Positions 49,643-59,458 of a DNA stretch of 64,000 nucleotides are shown here, one piece after another. The notes beneath the pieces were generated by a model, which worked only from the letters and a program-made list of their open reading frames with translations, made no database searches and was not told the origin of the DNA. Position 1 is the first letter of the stretch. Each line of letters starts with the position of its first letter. Source of the DNA: Armatimonadota bacterium (lineage in GTDB: Bacteria; Armatimonadota; HRBIN16); assembly GCA_963677485.1 (NCBI GenBank), contig OY781964.1:4576001-4640000 (forward strand), read 5' to 3'. The position numbers and the translations under genes were made by a program.

Positions 49643-50647
49643 ATGCGACGCTGTTCTGCTATACTTCTGCTGATCTCACTGTGTGTACTCAGTGTAGGGT
49701 GCGCTAAGAGGGAATCGACCGGCACTACAGGAAACACAACCAAGTTAAAAATCGCTGTGATCCCTAAAGGCACCATCCATGAGTATTGGAAGTCTGTTCA
49801 CGCCGGGGCTGTGAAAGCAGGCAATGAACTGGGCGTAGAGATCATCTGGAAAGGCCCACTCAAAGAGGACGACCGAGACGCACAGATATCGACGGTTGAA
49901 GACTTCATCTCCAAGGGTGTGTCGGGCATCGTGCTGGCTCCGCTCGATGACACCGCCTTACGCGCTCCTGTGACCAATGCACAGAACAATAACATTCCTG
50001 TGGTGTTGTTTGACTCTGGTATGAAGGGCACAGCCGGAAAAGACTTCGTGAGCTTTGTCGCCACTGATAACTTCAAAGGTGGACAGATCGGCGGGGAATT
50101 CCTGGCCAAAGAGCTCAAGGGTAAGGGAACTGTCATCGTGCTGCGATACAATGAAGGCTCGGACAGCACCACAAAGCGTGAAGACGGCTTCCTTGACGCG
50201 GTGAAGAAGTCACCGGGCATTAAAATACTCAGTGCGGACCAGTATGCTGGCGTGACCACTGAGACGGCGTACAAGGCTGGCGAAAATCTGCTTGCCCGTT
50301 TCAAGGGCCAGAAGATTGACGGAATCTTTACGCCTGCTGAACCAGTCACCTTTGGAATGCTGCGCGCGCTGCAAGATGCCGGTTTGGCTGGCAAGGTCAA
50401 CCTAATTGGCTTTGACAGTTCGGAAACTATGATCAAGGCGATCAAAGATGGTCAGGTCAAAGCTATCGTCGTTCAGAACCCAATGCAGATTGGGTATATG
50501 GGCGTAAAGACGCTGGTGCAGCACCTCAACAAGCAAACTGTGCCAGACCGTATCGACACAGGTGCCACGCTCATCACCAAAGAGAATGTCGAGACCCCTG
50601 AGATCAACACTCTGCTTCACCCAGACCTTGGAAAATATCTGAAGTGA
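49643..50647 (+). CDS. Sugar ABC transporter substrate-binding lipoprotein (RbsB-like)
   Basis: Lipobox VGC; IPKGT.HEYW, ATDNFKGG, GFD, VQNP. Confidence 0.93.
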   Translation: MRRCSAILLLISLCVLSVGCAKRESTGTTGNTTKLKIAVIPKGTIHEYWKSVHAGAVKAGNELGVEIIWKGPLKEDDRDAQISTVEDFISKGVSGIVLAPLDDTALRAPVTNAQNNNIPVVLFDSGMKGTAGKDFVSFVATDNFKGGQIGGEFLAKELKGKGTVIVLRYNEGSDSTTKREDGFLDAVKKSPGIKILSADQYAGVTTETAYKAGENLLARFKGQKIDGIFTPAEPVTFGMLRALQDAGLAGKVNLIGFDSSETMIKAIKDGQVKAIVVQNPMQIGYMGVKTLVQHLNKQTVPDRIDTGATLITKENVETPEINTLLHPDLGKYLK

Positions 50648-52170
50648 GCGATTCACCTGCACCCAGACTGGAAATGCACGGTGTGTGCAAGCGGTATGGG
50701 GCCACTATAGCACTTGATGATGTGAGTTTGAGCATCATGCCGGGCGTTGTTCATGCACTCGTCGGAGAGAACGGCGCAGGTAAAAGCACGCTGATGAAGG
50801 TGCTTTCAGGTGCGATATCTGCAGATAGTGGGGAGATGCGGCTCGATGGTGAGCCGTATCATCCCCGAAACCCTATGGATGCCCGGAAATCCGGAGTTGC
50901 CATGATCTACCAGGAGTTGTCCCTGGCCCACCATCTGTCGGTTGAGGACAACATCATCCTGGGCATGGAGCCCAACCGGTTCGGGATACTGAAACGCAGC
51001 GTGATCCGGCAACAGGCGCTTGATGCTCTCAACCAACTGGGACATCCTGAAATTCAACCTGAGACCCTTGTCGGGCAGCTCACTGTAGCCGCTCAGCAGC
51101 TTGTAGAGATCGGCAGAGCGATAGCGGTAGGTTGCCAGGTGTTAGTGCTTGATGAGCCGACCAGCAGTCTTTCGCGTGAGGATGTCGACAGGCTTTTCAC
51201 ACTGATCGCTAAATTAAAGCAGCAAGGGAAGTCGATCGTCTATATCTCGCATTTTCTAGAGGAAGTAAAGCAGGTCGCTGACAGTTTCAGCGTTTTGCGA
51301 GATGGACGGTCGGTATCTACCGGGGAGATCGGATCGGTGAGTACCGAGCAGATAGTCAGCCTGATGGTTGGACGTGACCTCAAGGAGCTTTACCCTCGTT
51401 CACAAAAAACACCGGGTGAGGTTGTGCTGGAGATCACGAATCTAGCCGGAATCATCAAACCGAGCTCCGCCAGCTTAACGCTGCATCGCGGCGAGGTACT
51501 GGGCATTGCCGGTCTGGTGGGAGCCGGACGGACCGAGCTACTACGCGCGCTATTTGGTTTAGACCCTGTGAAGAGCGGCTCTATCCGGCTGGGCTCGTAT
51601 ACCGGACCAGCATCACCGGCAAGACGGTGGGATCAGGGAGCGGGATTGCTGAGCGAAGACCGCAAGAACGAAGGGCTGGCTCTGAATCTGAGCATCGCGG
51701 ATAACCTCACGCTTTCCAAGTTGGAGGGTTTGGGGCCAGGCGTCACTATCATGCCGAATCAGCAATCTGCGGTGGCGACCAGTTTGATTGAAAAGCTGGC
51801 CATCAAATGCAAAAATCCCGGGCAACCGGTGTCGGACCTTTCGGGCGGTAATCAGCAGAAAGTGGCCATCGGCCGTCTGCTGCATCACGATGTCGATGTG
51901 CTTCTTCTAGATGAACCGACGCGGGGGATTGATGTGGCCAGCAAGGCGTTGATCTACAAACTGATCGATGAGCTGGCCATGGGCGATGCATCAAAGGGGA
52001 TCGCTCCCAAAGCGGTGTTGATTGTGAGCAGCTATCTTCCCGAGTTAATGGGGATATGTGACCGTATAGCGGTGATGCACCGCGGCGTTCTCGGTGCTGC
52101 GAGACCGGTGTCCGAACTGCATGAACAGCAGATAATGCTAGAGGCTACAGGAGCTGAGGAGACTGTATGA
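50644..52170 (+). CDS. Sugar ABC transporter ATP-binding protein (CUT2)
   Basis: GENGAGKST, DEPT twice, LSGGNQQK. Confidence 0.96.
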   Translation: MSDSPAPRLEMHGVCKRYGATIALDDVSLSIMPGVVHALVGENGAGKSTLMKVLSGAISADSGEMRLDGEPYHPRNPMDARKSGVAMIYQELSLAHHLSVEDNIILGMEPNRFGILKRSVIRQQALDALNQLGHPEIQPETLVGQLTVAAQQLVEIGRAIAVGCQVLVLDEPTSSLSREDVDRLFTLIAKLKQQGKSIVYISHFLEEVKQVADSFSVLRDGRSVSTGEIGSVSTEQIVSLMVGRDLKELYPRSQKTPGEVVLEITNLAGIIKPSSASLTLHRGEVLGIAGLVGAGRTELLRALFGLDPVKSGSIRLGSYTGPASPARRWDQGAGLLSEDRKNEGLALNLSIADNLTLSKLEGLGPGVTIMPNQQSAVATSLIEKLAIKCKNPGQPVSDLSGGNQQKVAIGRLLHHDVDVLLLDEPTRGIDVASKALIYKLIDELAMGDASKGIAPKAVLIVSSYLPELMGICDRIAVMHRGVLGAARPVSELHEQQIMLEATGAEETV

Positions 52171-53189
52171 TTTCGCCAGATAAGGTTACTGCGGCTAAAC
52201 GTCCGATAGGAAGCCGTCTCGGATTTCTGAATAAGTTCGGTGCGTTATTGGGGCTGTTTATCATCTTTGGGTTATTTACGGCCATTACATCAAGTGACTT
52301 TGCGTCTATACGTAATATCGAAACTATCGCAAGGCAGACAACTGTGGTCGGCACCGCTGCCCTCGGTATGACTATGGTGATCATCCTTGGCGGGATTGAC
52401 CTGTCGGTTGGGTCAGTCGTGGCCTTGACTACGGTTGTGATAGCTCTGGTGCTGGGCTACCATTCCGACACAGTGGTTACCGTGTCACCCATGCAGGGAC
52501 TGCTCGCAGGCCTGGCGGGGATTGGCGCAGGTGCGTTGTGCGGTTTGGTCAACGGGCTGTTGATCACCCGCTTGAAAGTGGTACCATTCATCGTGACTTT
52601 GGGCACGATGCTGGCGGTCACCGGTGTTGCCAAAGGGTTGGCTAATGATATGAAAGTCAACTGCGATGACTCTTGGTTAAACAGCGTGCTGGCCGCATTG
52701 GGGCCTGACAATCGGTGGCTGCTGCTGCCGGTCGGCGTGTGGATCATGTTGATACTAGCAGTGGTAGTGGCGTTTATCCTGAAGTACACTCGTTTTGGAC
52801 GGCATGTTTTTGCGGTGGGTTCTAATGAGCAGACCGCCCGTCTCTGCGGCATCTCGGTGGAACGGGTGAAGCTGCTTGTTTATGTCAGCAGCGCAGCGTT
52901 GGTCGGTTTAGCTGGCTTGATGCAGTTTTCGAGGCTGACCATCGGCGATCCGACTGTGGCGAAAGGTCTGGAACTGCAGGTCATCGCCGCGGTGGTGATT
53001 GGCGGGGGCAGTCTTTCCGGCGGGGAAGGATCCATATTCGGCACGCTGGTGGGAGCACTCATCGTCGGTGTGATCGGTTCAGGATGTTCACAAATGGGGT
53101 TACCGAACTGGGTTCAAGAGATCGCGACCGGCTGCATCATCGTAGTGGCTGTGGCACTGGACAGACTTCGTCACAGGCGTGCGATATAA
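52167..53189 (+). CDS. Sugar ABC transporter permease (RbsC-like)
   Basis: GGIDLSVGS, PFIVTLG, GSNEQTARLCGI, IAAVVIGG. Confidence 0.95.
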   Translation: MISPDKVTAAKRPIGSRLGFLNKFGALLGLFIIFGLFTAITSSDFASIRNIETIARQTTVVGTAALGMTMVIILGGIDLSVGSVVALTTVVIALVLGYHSDTVVTVSPMQGLLAGLAGIGAGALCGLVNGLLITRLKVVPFIVTLGTMLAVTGVAKGLANDMKVNCDDSWLNSVLAALGPDNRWLLLPVGVWIMLILAVVVAFILKYTRFGRHVFAVGSNEQTARLCGISVERVKLLVYVSSAALVGLAGLMQFSRLTIGDPTVAKGLELQVIAAVVIGGGSLSGGEGSIFGTLVGALIVGVIGSGCSQMGLPNWVQEIATGCIIVVAVALDRLRHRRAI

Positions 53190-53225
53190 CCATATTCGAA
53201 TCATTTCTTCATATGGAGGAGAACC

Positions 53226-54431
53226 GTGGCAACTAAGAGTTTCATAGAACAGAGTTTTGAACAGGGCAAGGGCGTGCTGCGTCTGTCACCCGTGTTCGTA
53301 CCTCGGCGTTTCGGCGCACCAGGGTATCGACTACGTCTTCACCCCGATGACTATTTCGCACTCGGCACAGAGCGGGGTGCCATGAAAGAGCGTTGGCTGG
53401 CAGCCGTCATCCCCGCCATGAACGGCCCTCTGGCTCCACCTGATGAAGGCATGAGTTATGTCGCACCTACCGATAACCCGAAAGACAAGTTCACTTTAAA
53501 AGATGCTGTGGATGCGCTTGGCAAGGACATCATCGGCGAGGAACTGATGCGGGATTACGGCGGCTGGCCGATGTATTCCAAGTTCTTCGATTATGGCACC
53601 CCGCTGTTTCATCACCTGCACCTTGGGTTTGAAGAGGCGGGTCGGGTTGGCCGATTGGGCAAACCGGAGGCGTATTATTTCCCGGCTCAGCTCAACAACC
53701 ACATGGGCACTTTCCCGCACACTTATTTTGGGTTTGACCCTGATGTGACCATCGACGAAGTGCGCGAAAGACTGCTTGACTACGAAAAGCGAGACACGCG
53801 CATCACGGAACTCTCGCGCGCTTACCGCATCGCACGCGGTACCGGCTGGTATGTTCCCCCGGGTGTGCTTCACTCCCCAGGGTCGGTTCTGACCTATGAG
53901 CCTCAGTGGGGCAGTGACGTGAACTCTGTCTACGAGAACATCACCGCTGGTGAGGTCTACCCATACGAATTCCTGGTAGAAAACTGCCCTGAGGAGAAGA
54001 AACGCGACGTCGACTACGTGCTTTCTTTGATGGACTGGGAGAAGAACATTGATCCACACTTCAAGAAGACCTATTACCGCCCACCTGTGGTCTGCCACAG
54101 TGATGCCGGTTATGAAGAGAAGTGGATTGCGTATGCCAACCCATACATCGCGGCCAAGGAGTTGACGGTGCATCCCGGCCAGACGGTCACCGTGAAAGAC
54201 GGAGCCGCCTACGGATGCATTTTGCTGCAAGGACATTGCAAGGTCGGTGTGCATGATGCGGAAGCCGCTATCATGCTGCGATACGGCCAGCTATCGGATG
54301 ATGAGTTCTTTGTAGGCGAACCGGCCGCCAAAGAGGGTGTGGTGATCAGTAACCGCTCGAAATCCGAGCCGCTGGTAATGTTGAAGCACTTTGGGCCAAA
54401 CCATCCCGATATGCCTCGCCAGAAGAAGTAG
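53226..54431 (+). CDS. Uncharacterised cupin protein, class I phosphomannose-isomerase-like
   Basis: KFFDY..PLFHHLH, GKPEAY and LHSPG resemble PMI metal ligands. Confidence 0.65.
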   Translation: MATKSFIEQSFEQGKGVLRLSPVFVPRRFGAPGYRLRLHPDDYFALGTERGAMKERWLAAVIPAMNGPLAPPDEGMSYVAPTDNPKDKFTLKDAVDALGKDIIGEELMRDYGGWPMYSKFFDYGTPLFHHLHLGFEEAGRVGRLGKPEAYYFPAQLNNHMGTFPHTYFGFDPDVTIDEVRERLLDYEKRDTRITELSRAYRIARGTGWYVPPGVLHSPGSVLTYEPQWGSDVNSVYENITAGEVYPYEFLVENCPEEKKRDVDYVLSLMDWEKNIDPHFKKTYYRPPVVCHSDAGYEEKWIAYANPYIAAKELTVHPGQTVTVKDGAAYGCILLQGHCKVGVHDAEAAIMLRYGQLSDDEFFVGEPAAKEGVVISNRSKSEPLVMLKHFGPNHPDMPRQKK

Positions 54432-54459
54432 CGGAGCAGACGGATATCGTAGAATCTCC

Positions 54460-54497
54460 ATGTGTCGGGGTGGCAATTGTGAACCCCGGCACATTTC
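54460..54497 (+). terminator. Hairpin/terminator after ABC operon 1
   Basis: ATGTGTCGGGGT / ACCCCGGCACAT stem. Confidence 0.55.
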
Positions 54498-54562
54498 CGT
54501 TACACTGAATCTTTGGGAAACATCTGCGGATGCCTGCCTCTGCACAGCCTTTTTAGTAACTG

Positions 54563-54649
54563 GTCGTAGAGGCGTCCCTTGTGGGCGCCCTAAACAAGAA
54601 CCATCGAATGATCAACGATTAGGGCGCCCACAAGGGACGCCCCTACGAC
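54563..54649. repeat. GTAG-type REP doublet (REPIN-like)
   Basis: 31-bp inverted repeat with 1 mismatch: GTCGTAGAGGCGTCCCTTGTGGGCGCCCTAA ... TTAGGGCGCCCACAAGGGACGCCCCTACGAC. Confidence 0.85.
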
Positions 54650-54721
54650 AGTATCAGTCGCAATACGGGCTGCCTTGAACTCAAGAGCGGTGCTCCCCCT
54701 TGATCATCAAGGATATCACCT

Positions 54722-55867
54722 ATGATAGGAGCCTGTGACATCGTGAGTGCCATCCATACAACCAAACGTGAACAGTTCATCGAGTATGTCCGCATTGGCG
54801 GTGCTCCTATTTGTTCTCCTCAGATTGGAGCCGGAGCCGGTTTTGATACCAAACTCGCCGGCAAACGCTGGATAGGTGAGACCACACTCGACGACACGAT
54901 CGCTGCTTGCGAGCGGTTCGATATGGTGCCGCTGTTAAATGCTGGAATGCCCGACGCCGGGTTTGTTCAGCCAAAGCTGGCGTGGCAGACCGTGTCGCGT
55001 GAAGAGCAGCCGGACAAAATCCGCACCCGCATGGCTTTGAAGCTTCCTGGTGGAACGCTGGAACAAGAGATTGTAGAGGAACCTGTCCGGGGTGGGGTCA
55101 GGGTCAAGAGCCCCATCACACAAGCCGATGAGCTTTATCTTCTTGATGAGTTCCTTGATTTGTCGCTTAAGGAAGACTTGAACCCAATTGTTGAATATGT
55201 CCGAAACATCGTCAAACAGATCGACGGCAGGGGAGCAAGCTCCTTTCAATGGGCTGTACAGCCTTATGAGCTGCTCTGCTTTCCGGATACGGTCAACACG
55301 GTGGTTTTTGCCATGGAAGACCAAGAAACCCACTACCGCTTGATGGACAAGATACTGCTTCTGAACGAAAAGTTATTTGATGTCGTAGCTGCCGGTGGTG
55401 GCGACTTTATCTTCCTGGGCGGACCTGGCTCTGAGATGATATCCCCTCGCTTCTATAAAGAGTTCTTAATCCCATATAGCCTGAAGGCCACTCAGATTGC
55501 TCATGAACGGGGATTGCTGGTCTATTCGCATATCTGCTCACCAATTGAGCCGTTCTTGAGTATGGGCTTTTACAACCAGATGGGGATTGATCTTTTTGAA
55601 ACGCTCAGCCCTCCGCCTGTGGGGAATGTGCAAAGTTTGACTGACGCATTTCAGAAACTAAACCCGGCGATTTGCACTCGAGGCAATGTTGGCCTTGATC
55701 TACTGCTCAATGGCACAGAAGCTGAAGTATATGAGCGCACAGAGCAGATACTGCGTGAATCTGCAGAACGAAAACACATGGTGGCCGCCAGCGACTATCT
55801 ATTCTATGACGTCCCCGAGCAGAACGTCCATGCTATGTGTTCTGCGGTCGCGAGATATAGGGCTTAA
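54722..55867 (+). CDS. Uroporphyrinogen decarboxylase / MtaA-CmuA methyltransferase superfamily protein
   Basis: MISPRFYKEF, HICS, ETLSPPPVGN, RGNV, PEQNV TIM-barrel pattern. Confidence 0.8.
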   Translation: MIGACDIVSAIHTTKREQFIEYVRIGGAPICSPQIGAGAGFDTKLAGKRWIGETTLDDTIAACERFDMVPLLNAGMPDAGFVQPKLAWQTVSREEQPDKIRTRMALKLPGGTLEQEIVEEPVRGGVRVKSPITQADELYLLDEFLDLSLKEDLNPIVEYVRNIVKQIDGRGASSFQWAVQPYELLCFPDTVNTVVFAMEDQETHYRLMDKILLLNEKLFDVVAAGGGDFIFLGGPGSEMISPRFYKEFLIPYSLKATQIAHERGLLVYSHICSPIEPFLSMGFYNQMGIDLFETLSPPPVGNVQSLTDAFQKLNPAICTRGNVGLDLLLNGTEAEVYERTEQILRESAERKHMVAASDYLFYDVPEQNVHAMCSAVARYRA

Positions 55868-55875
55868 CGCTTTTT

Positions 55876-55903
55876 GAAGGAATTGCCGGGTTACATAGCT
55901 AAT
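55876..55903 (+). promoter_or_regulatory. SigH-like promoter motif upstream of ABC operon 2
   Basis: GAAGGAATT...AGCTAAT (AGGA-N18-TAAT). Confidence 0.4.
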
Positions 55904-55937
55904 CTATCAATAAATCTGTAAATAGGGAGAATGACAT

Positions 55938-57461
55938 ATGGGCTCCTCTCGCCCGTTCATAGAGATCGACCACATAAGCAAGTCATTCGGCGGAGTTCAT
56001 GCTCTGCAGGATGTCAGCTTTGATATACGCCCCGGGGAACTACACGCACTGGTAGGTGAGAACGGAGCCGGTAAATCCACACTCATCAAAGTGCTTGGAG
56101 GGAACTACCTCCCTGAGCAGGGAACTGTGAAGGTGGAAGGCCACGAGCTCAAGCTAGGCGATGTGAAAGCCAGCGAAGCTGTGGGCATCAGCGTGATCCA
56201 CCAGGAACCAACCGCTTTCCCGCACCTTTCCTCGGAAGACAGCATCTTTATCGGTGCGGAGCTTACTACGTTCGGCGGATTGCTGTTGAATCGGCCGGTG
56301 ATGAGGGCACGCACCAAAGAGTTGCTGGCGAGGGTAGGTGCCACGTTCGATCCCAGTCTGCCATTAGAGAAGCTCTCCGTGGCGCAGCGTCAGTTGGCTG
56401 CTGTTGCGCGGGCGTTGGCTCACAAAAGCCGATTGCTGATCATGGATGAACCTACCGCCTCGTTAAGCCAGCGTGAGACAGATGCCCTTTTCCTCATCGT
56501 CAAGCAGTTGCTTGAAGAAGGGGTGAGCATTCTATACGTCAGCCACCGCATGGAAGAGATTTTGGCCCTGGCCGATCGTGCCACTGTGTTCCGGGATGGA
56601 ACCTATGTAGGCACCCTGGAGCGAGAGCAGATCAACCGCGCTGAGCTCATCAAAATGATGGTGGGCCGTGAGATCACGGAATACGAACGCTACGAAGCCT
56701 CTGAGACGGTGGGGGATTCGGTTCTGCAGGTGCGCAACCTGACTCAGGCTGGCACTTTCAGCGACGTCAGTTTTGATGTTCACTCCGGTGAGGTGATGGG
56801 CCTTGGTGGTCTGGTGGGTGCGGGACGCACCGAAGTGGCCCGAGTGCTGTTTGGCCTTGATGAGGCGGATTCAGGCACAGTGACCATGAGTGGTAAACCG
56901 CTGGAGCTGGGTGATATCCAAAAGTCAATGGAAGCGGGTATCGCCATGGTTCCTGAGGATCGGCAGACTCAGGGTGCGGTCTTGCAGATGTCAATCGCCG
57001 ACAACATGGTGATGGCGGTCATGCGGGGCTGGAGCAAGTCCAGTTTTCGGGATTTCAGCCGAGAGAAAACGCTGATCACCGAGATGATGAAGCGCATGTC
57101 TGTGAAGGCCAAAAGCTCGCGCGATGCCGTGGAGAGCTTGTCCGGTGGTAACCAGCAAAAGATTGTGCTTGGCAAATGGCTGGGCACCACTCCTAAGCTG
57201 CTGATCCTGGATGAGCCAACCCGTGGTGTGGATGTCGGTGCTAAGGCCGAAATCCATCGGTTGATTCGCGAACTAGCCAACGATGGCGTGGCAGTGCTGC
57301 TGATCAGCAGCGATCTGCCGGAACTGCTGGCGATCAGTGACCGCATTGTTGTGATGCGGCACGGCTGTATCGCAGGTGAATTAACACAGAAGCAGGCCAC
57401 TCAGGAGGCGGTGATCGATCTTGCCCTGCAAGATGAGTCTGTGGAGGGTAAGAAGCAATAA
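55938..57461 (+). CDS. Sugar ABC transporter ATP-binding protein (RhaT/LsrA-like)
   Basis: GENGAGKST, DEPTASL, LSGGNQQK, KAEIHRL. Confidence 0.96.
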   Translation: MGSSRPFIEIDHISKSFGGVHALQDVSFDIRPGELHALVGENGAGKSTLIKVLGGNYLPEQGTVKVEGHELKLGDVKASEAVGISVIHQEPTAFPHLSSEDSIFIGAELTTFGGLLLNRPVMRARTKELLARVGATFDPSLPLEKLSVAQRQLAAVARALAHKSRLLIMDEPTASLSQRETDALFLIVKQLLEEGVSILYVSHRMEEILALADRATVFRDGTYVGTLEREQINRAELIKMMVGREITEYERYEASETVGDSVLQVRNLTQAGTFSDVSFDVHSGEVMGLGGLVGAGRTEVARVLFGLDEADSGTVTMSGKPLELGDIQKSMEAGIAMVPEDRQTQGAVLQMSIADNMVMAVMRGWSKSSFRDFSREKTLITEMMKRMSVKAKSSRDAVESLSGGNQQKIVLGKWLGTTPKLLILDEPTRGVDVGAKAEIHRLIRELANDGVAVLLISSDLPELLAISDRIVVMRHGCIAGELTQKQATQEAVIDLALQDESVEGKKQ

Positions 57462-58463
57462 ATGGGTATCACATCAACGCCTCGAACGAATATTCTAGCC
57501 AAGTGGATACGTACCCGAGAGGCAGGGGTTCTTTTACTTCTGGTTGTCGCGATCGCCATCGTCGCCTTGCGTGACGTCACGTTCCTAGCTCCACGCAACC
57601 TGCAAGATATTCTTGTCGGATGCGCGCCATTTGCTATCTTGGCATGTGGTATGACCTTCGTAATCATCACCGGTGAGATTGATATCTCGGTCGGCTCGAT
57701 GGTTGGATTACTCTCGGTGGTGATGGGCTTAAGCTGCACAGCGGTCAACTGGGGCTTATCGGTGCCGGTCACCATCGCCATCATCGTCGTGGCAGGAGCC
57801 CTTCTAGGGCTGCTCAACGGTGTGTTAATGGAATACGGCAAGATACCCTCCATGATCGTCACGCTGGGTATGCTGACGGTCTTTCGGGGTGTCACCCAGC
57901 TGCTCAGCAAGGGTGAGACGATCACCAACCTGCCGGCAGCGCTGAGGTTCTTCGGAACTGGCACGATCATGGGCATTCCGGTGTGTATCGTCACCGCTAT
58001 CATCATCGTGATACTCTCGCATGTGATGCTGCAATATACGCCATTTGGGCGTCATGTTGTGGCGGTGGGAAGCAACCCCAGAGCCGCGAAAGTGCTGGGT
58101 CTGCCGACCAGGCGCATCAAAATCTGCGTGTTCGTGCTGATGGGGGTGCTGACCGCTATCGCAACTCTTGTGGGCGTACCCCAGCTTGCAGTGATCGAAA
58201 GCGGTATCGGCGTGGGCTGGGAAATGCTTATCATCACCTGCGTGGTGGTCGGCGGAACCTCGACCGCAGGTGGCCGAGGCAGCATCATCGGTTCGCTGCT
58301 GGGTGTCTTACTGCTGGTATCTGTCCGCACCGAGTTGATCTTTTTGAAATTGTCTGAAAGTGCCACGTATTGGGAACGAGCCATACAAGGCGCATTCATC
58401 TTAATGGCGGTTCTGGCAGATCATTTCGGCGCGATGCGTAAGCGAAAGGCGGTGAAGGCATGA
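57462..58463 (+). CDS. Sugar ABC transporter permease (RhaP/LsrC-like)
   Basis: IDISVGS, IVTLG..FRG, GSNP.AA. Confidence 0.94.
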   Translation: MGITSTPRTNILAKWIRTREAGVLLLLVVAIAIVALRDVTFLAPRNLQDILVGCAPFAILACGMTFVIITGEIDISVGSMVGLLSVVMGLSCTAVNWGLSVPVTIAIIVVAGALLGLLNGVLMEYGKIPSMIVTLGMLTVFRGVTQLLSKGETITNLPAALRFFGTGTIMGIPVCIVTAIIIVILSHVMLQYTPFGRHVVAVGSNPRAAKVLGLPTRRIKICVFVLMGVLTAIATLVGVPQLAVIESGIGVGWEMLIITCVVVGGTSTAGGRGSIIGSLLGVLLLVSVRTELIFLKLSESATYWERAIQGAFILMAVLADHFGAMRKRKAVKA

Positions 58464-59404
58464 AATTCCTGAAAGAGTATATCCATGAGGCCGTGCTTTT
58501 AGTAGTGCTGATTGTGTTGATGACGGTCATTCGGTTCATCGATCCATCTTTCCTCACCGCTAATGCTCAGGCGGAACTCAGCACGCACGTGTGGCAACTG
58601 GCACTCTTAGCCATTCCGATGACAATGATTATAGTTACCGGCGGTATCGACCTATCTATTGGATCGACTATGGCACTGGCAGCGGTGACGCTGGGGCTCA
58701 GCTATAAAGCGGGCATCAGCCCGTGGATTGGCTCATTGATGGCTTTAGTCGTAGCCACTGCAGCAGGCTGGTTGAACGGAGTGTTCGTCTCGAAGGTCAA
58801 GGTTCTTCCTTTGATCGTAACCCTGGCGACCATGTCCGCCTACCGTGGTATCGCAGAAGGGGTCAGCAAGGCGGCACCCGTCTCTGGATTCCCACCAGGT
58901 TTTGCTGTAGTCGGTCAAGGTTATGACAAGCTCATCGGACTGCCCTGGTCTGGCTGGGTATTCATCGCAGCCTTCGTGCTGGCACTTTGGGTGTGGCTCA
59001 AAACACCATTTGGCACATCGCTTACCGCGATAGGACATAATGAATCCGCGGCACGGTTCAGCGGATTGCCTGTCGCGCGGTTAAAGACATGGATATACAC
59101 GATCAGCGGTTTCCTGGCCGGAATTGCCGCCGTGCAGTATGTCTCACTACGAAATACCGCCAAAGCAGACATCGGCACAGGCATGGAGCTTGATGTGATC
59201 ACGGCCGTTGTGCTTGGAGGATCAAGTGTCACCGGCGGACGCGGCAACCTGCTGGGCACGCTACTCGGTGTGATCCTCATTCATGAGGTTCGCGAGTTTG
59301 TAAGCTGGTACTGGCAGAGCGATGAACTGAATTTACTGGTCATTGGATCTTTGCTGATCATCAGCGTATTGCTGAACTCTTTCATTAATCGCAAATCTCG
59401 GTAG
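58460..59404 (+). CDS. Sugar ABC transporter permease (RhaQ/LsrD-like)
   Basis: GGIDLSIGS, YRGIA, AARFSG, ELDVITAVVLGG. Confidence 0.94.
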   Translation: MKFLKEYIHEAVLLVVLIVLMTVIRFIDPSFLTANAQAELSTHVWQLALLAIPMTMIIVTGGIDLSIGSTMALAAVTLGLSYKAGISPWIGSLMALVVATAAGWLNGVFVSKVKVLPLIVTLATMSAYRGIAEGVSKAAPVSGFPPGFAVVGQGYDKLIGLPWSGWVFIAAFVLALWVWLKTPFGTSLTAIGHNESAARFSGLPVARLKTWIYTISGFLAGIAAVQYVSLRNTAKADIGTGMELDVITAVVLGGSSVTGGRGNLLGTLLGVILIHEVREFVSWYWQSDELNLLVIGSLLIISVLLNSFINRKSR

Positions 59405-59458
59405 CATATCGTATTATAAGTTCAGAGCAGTATTCGAACCCAAGGAGGGTCTTTCACT

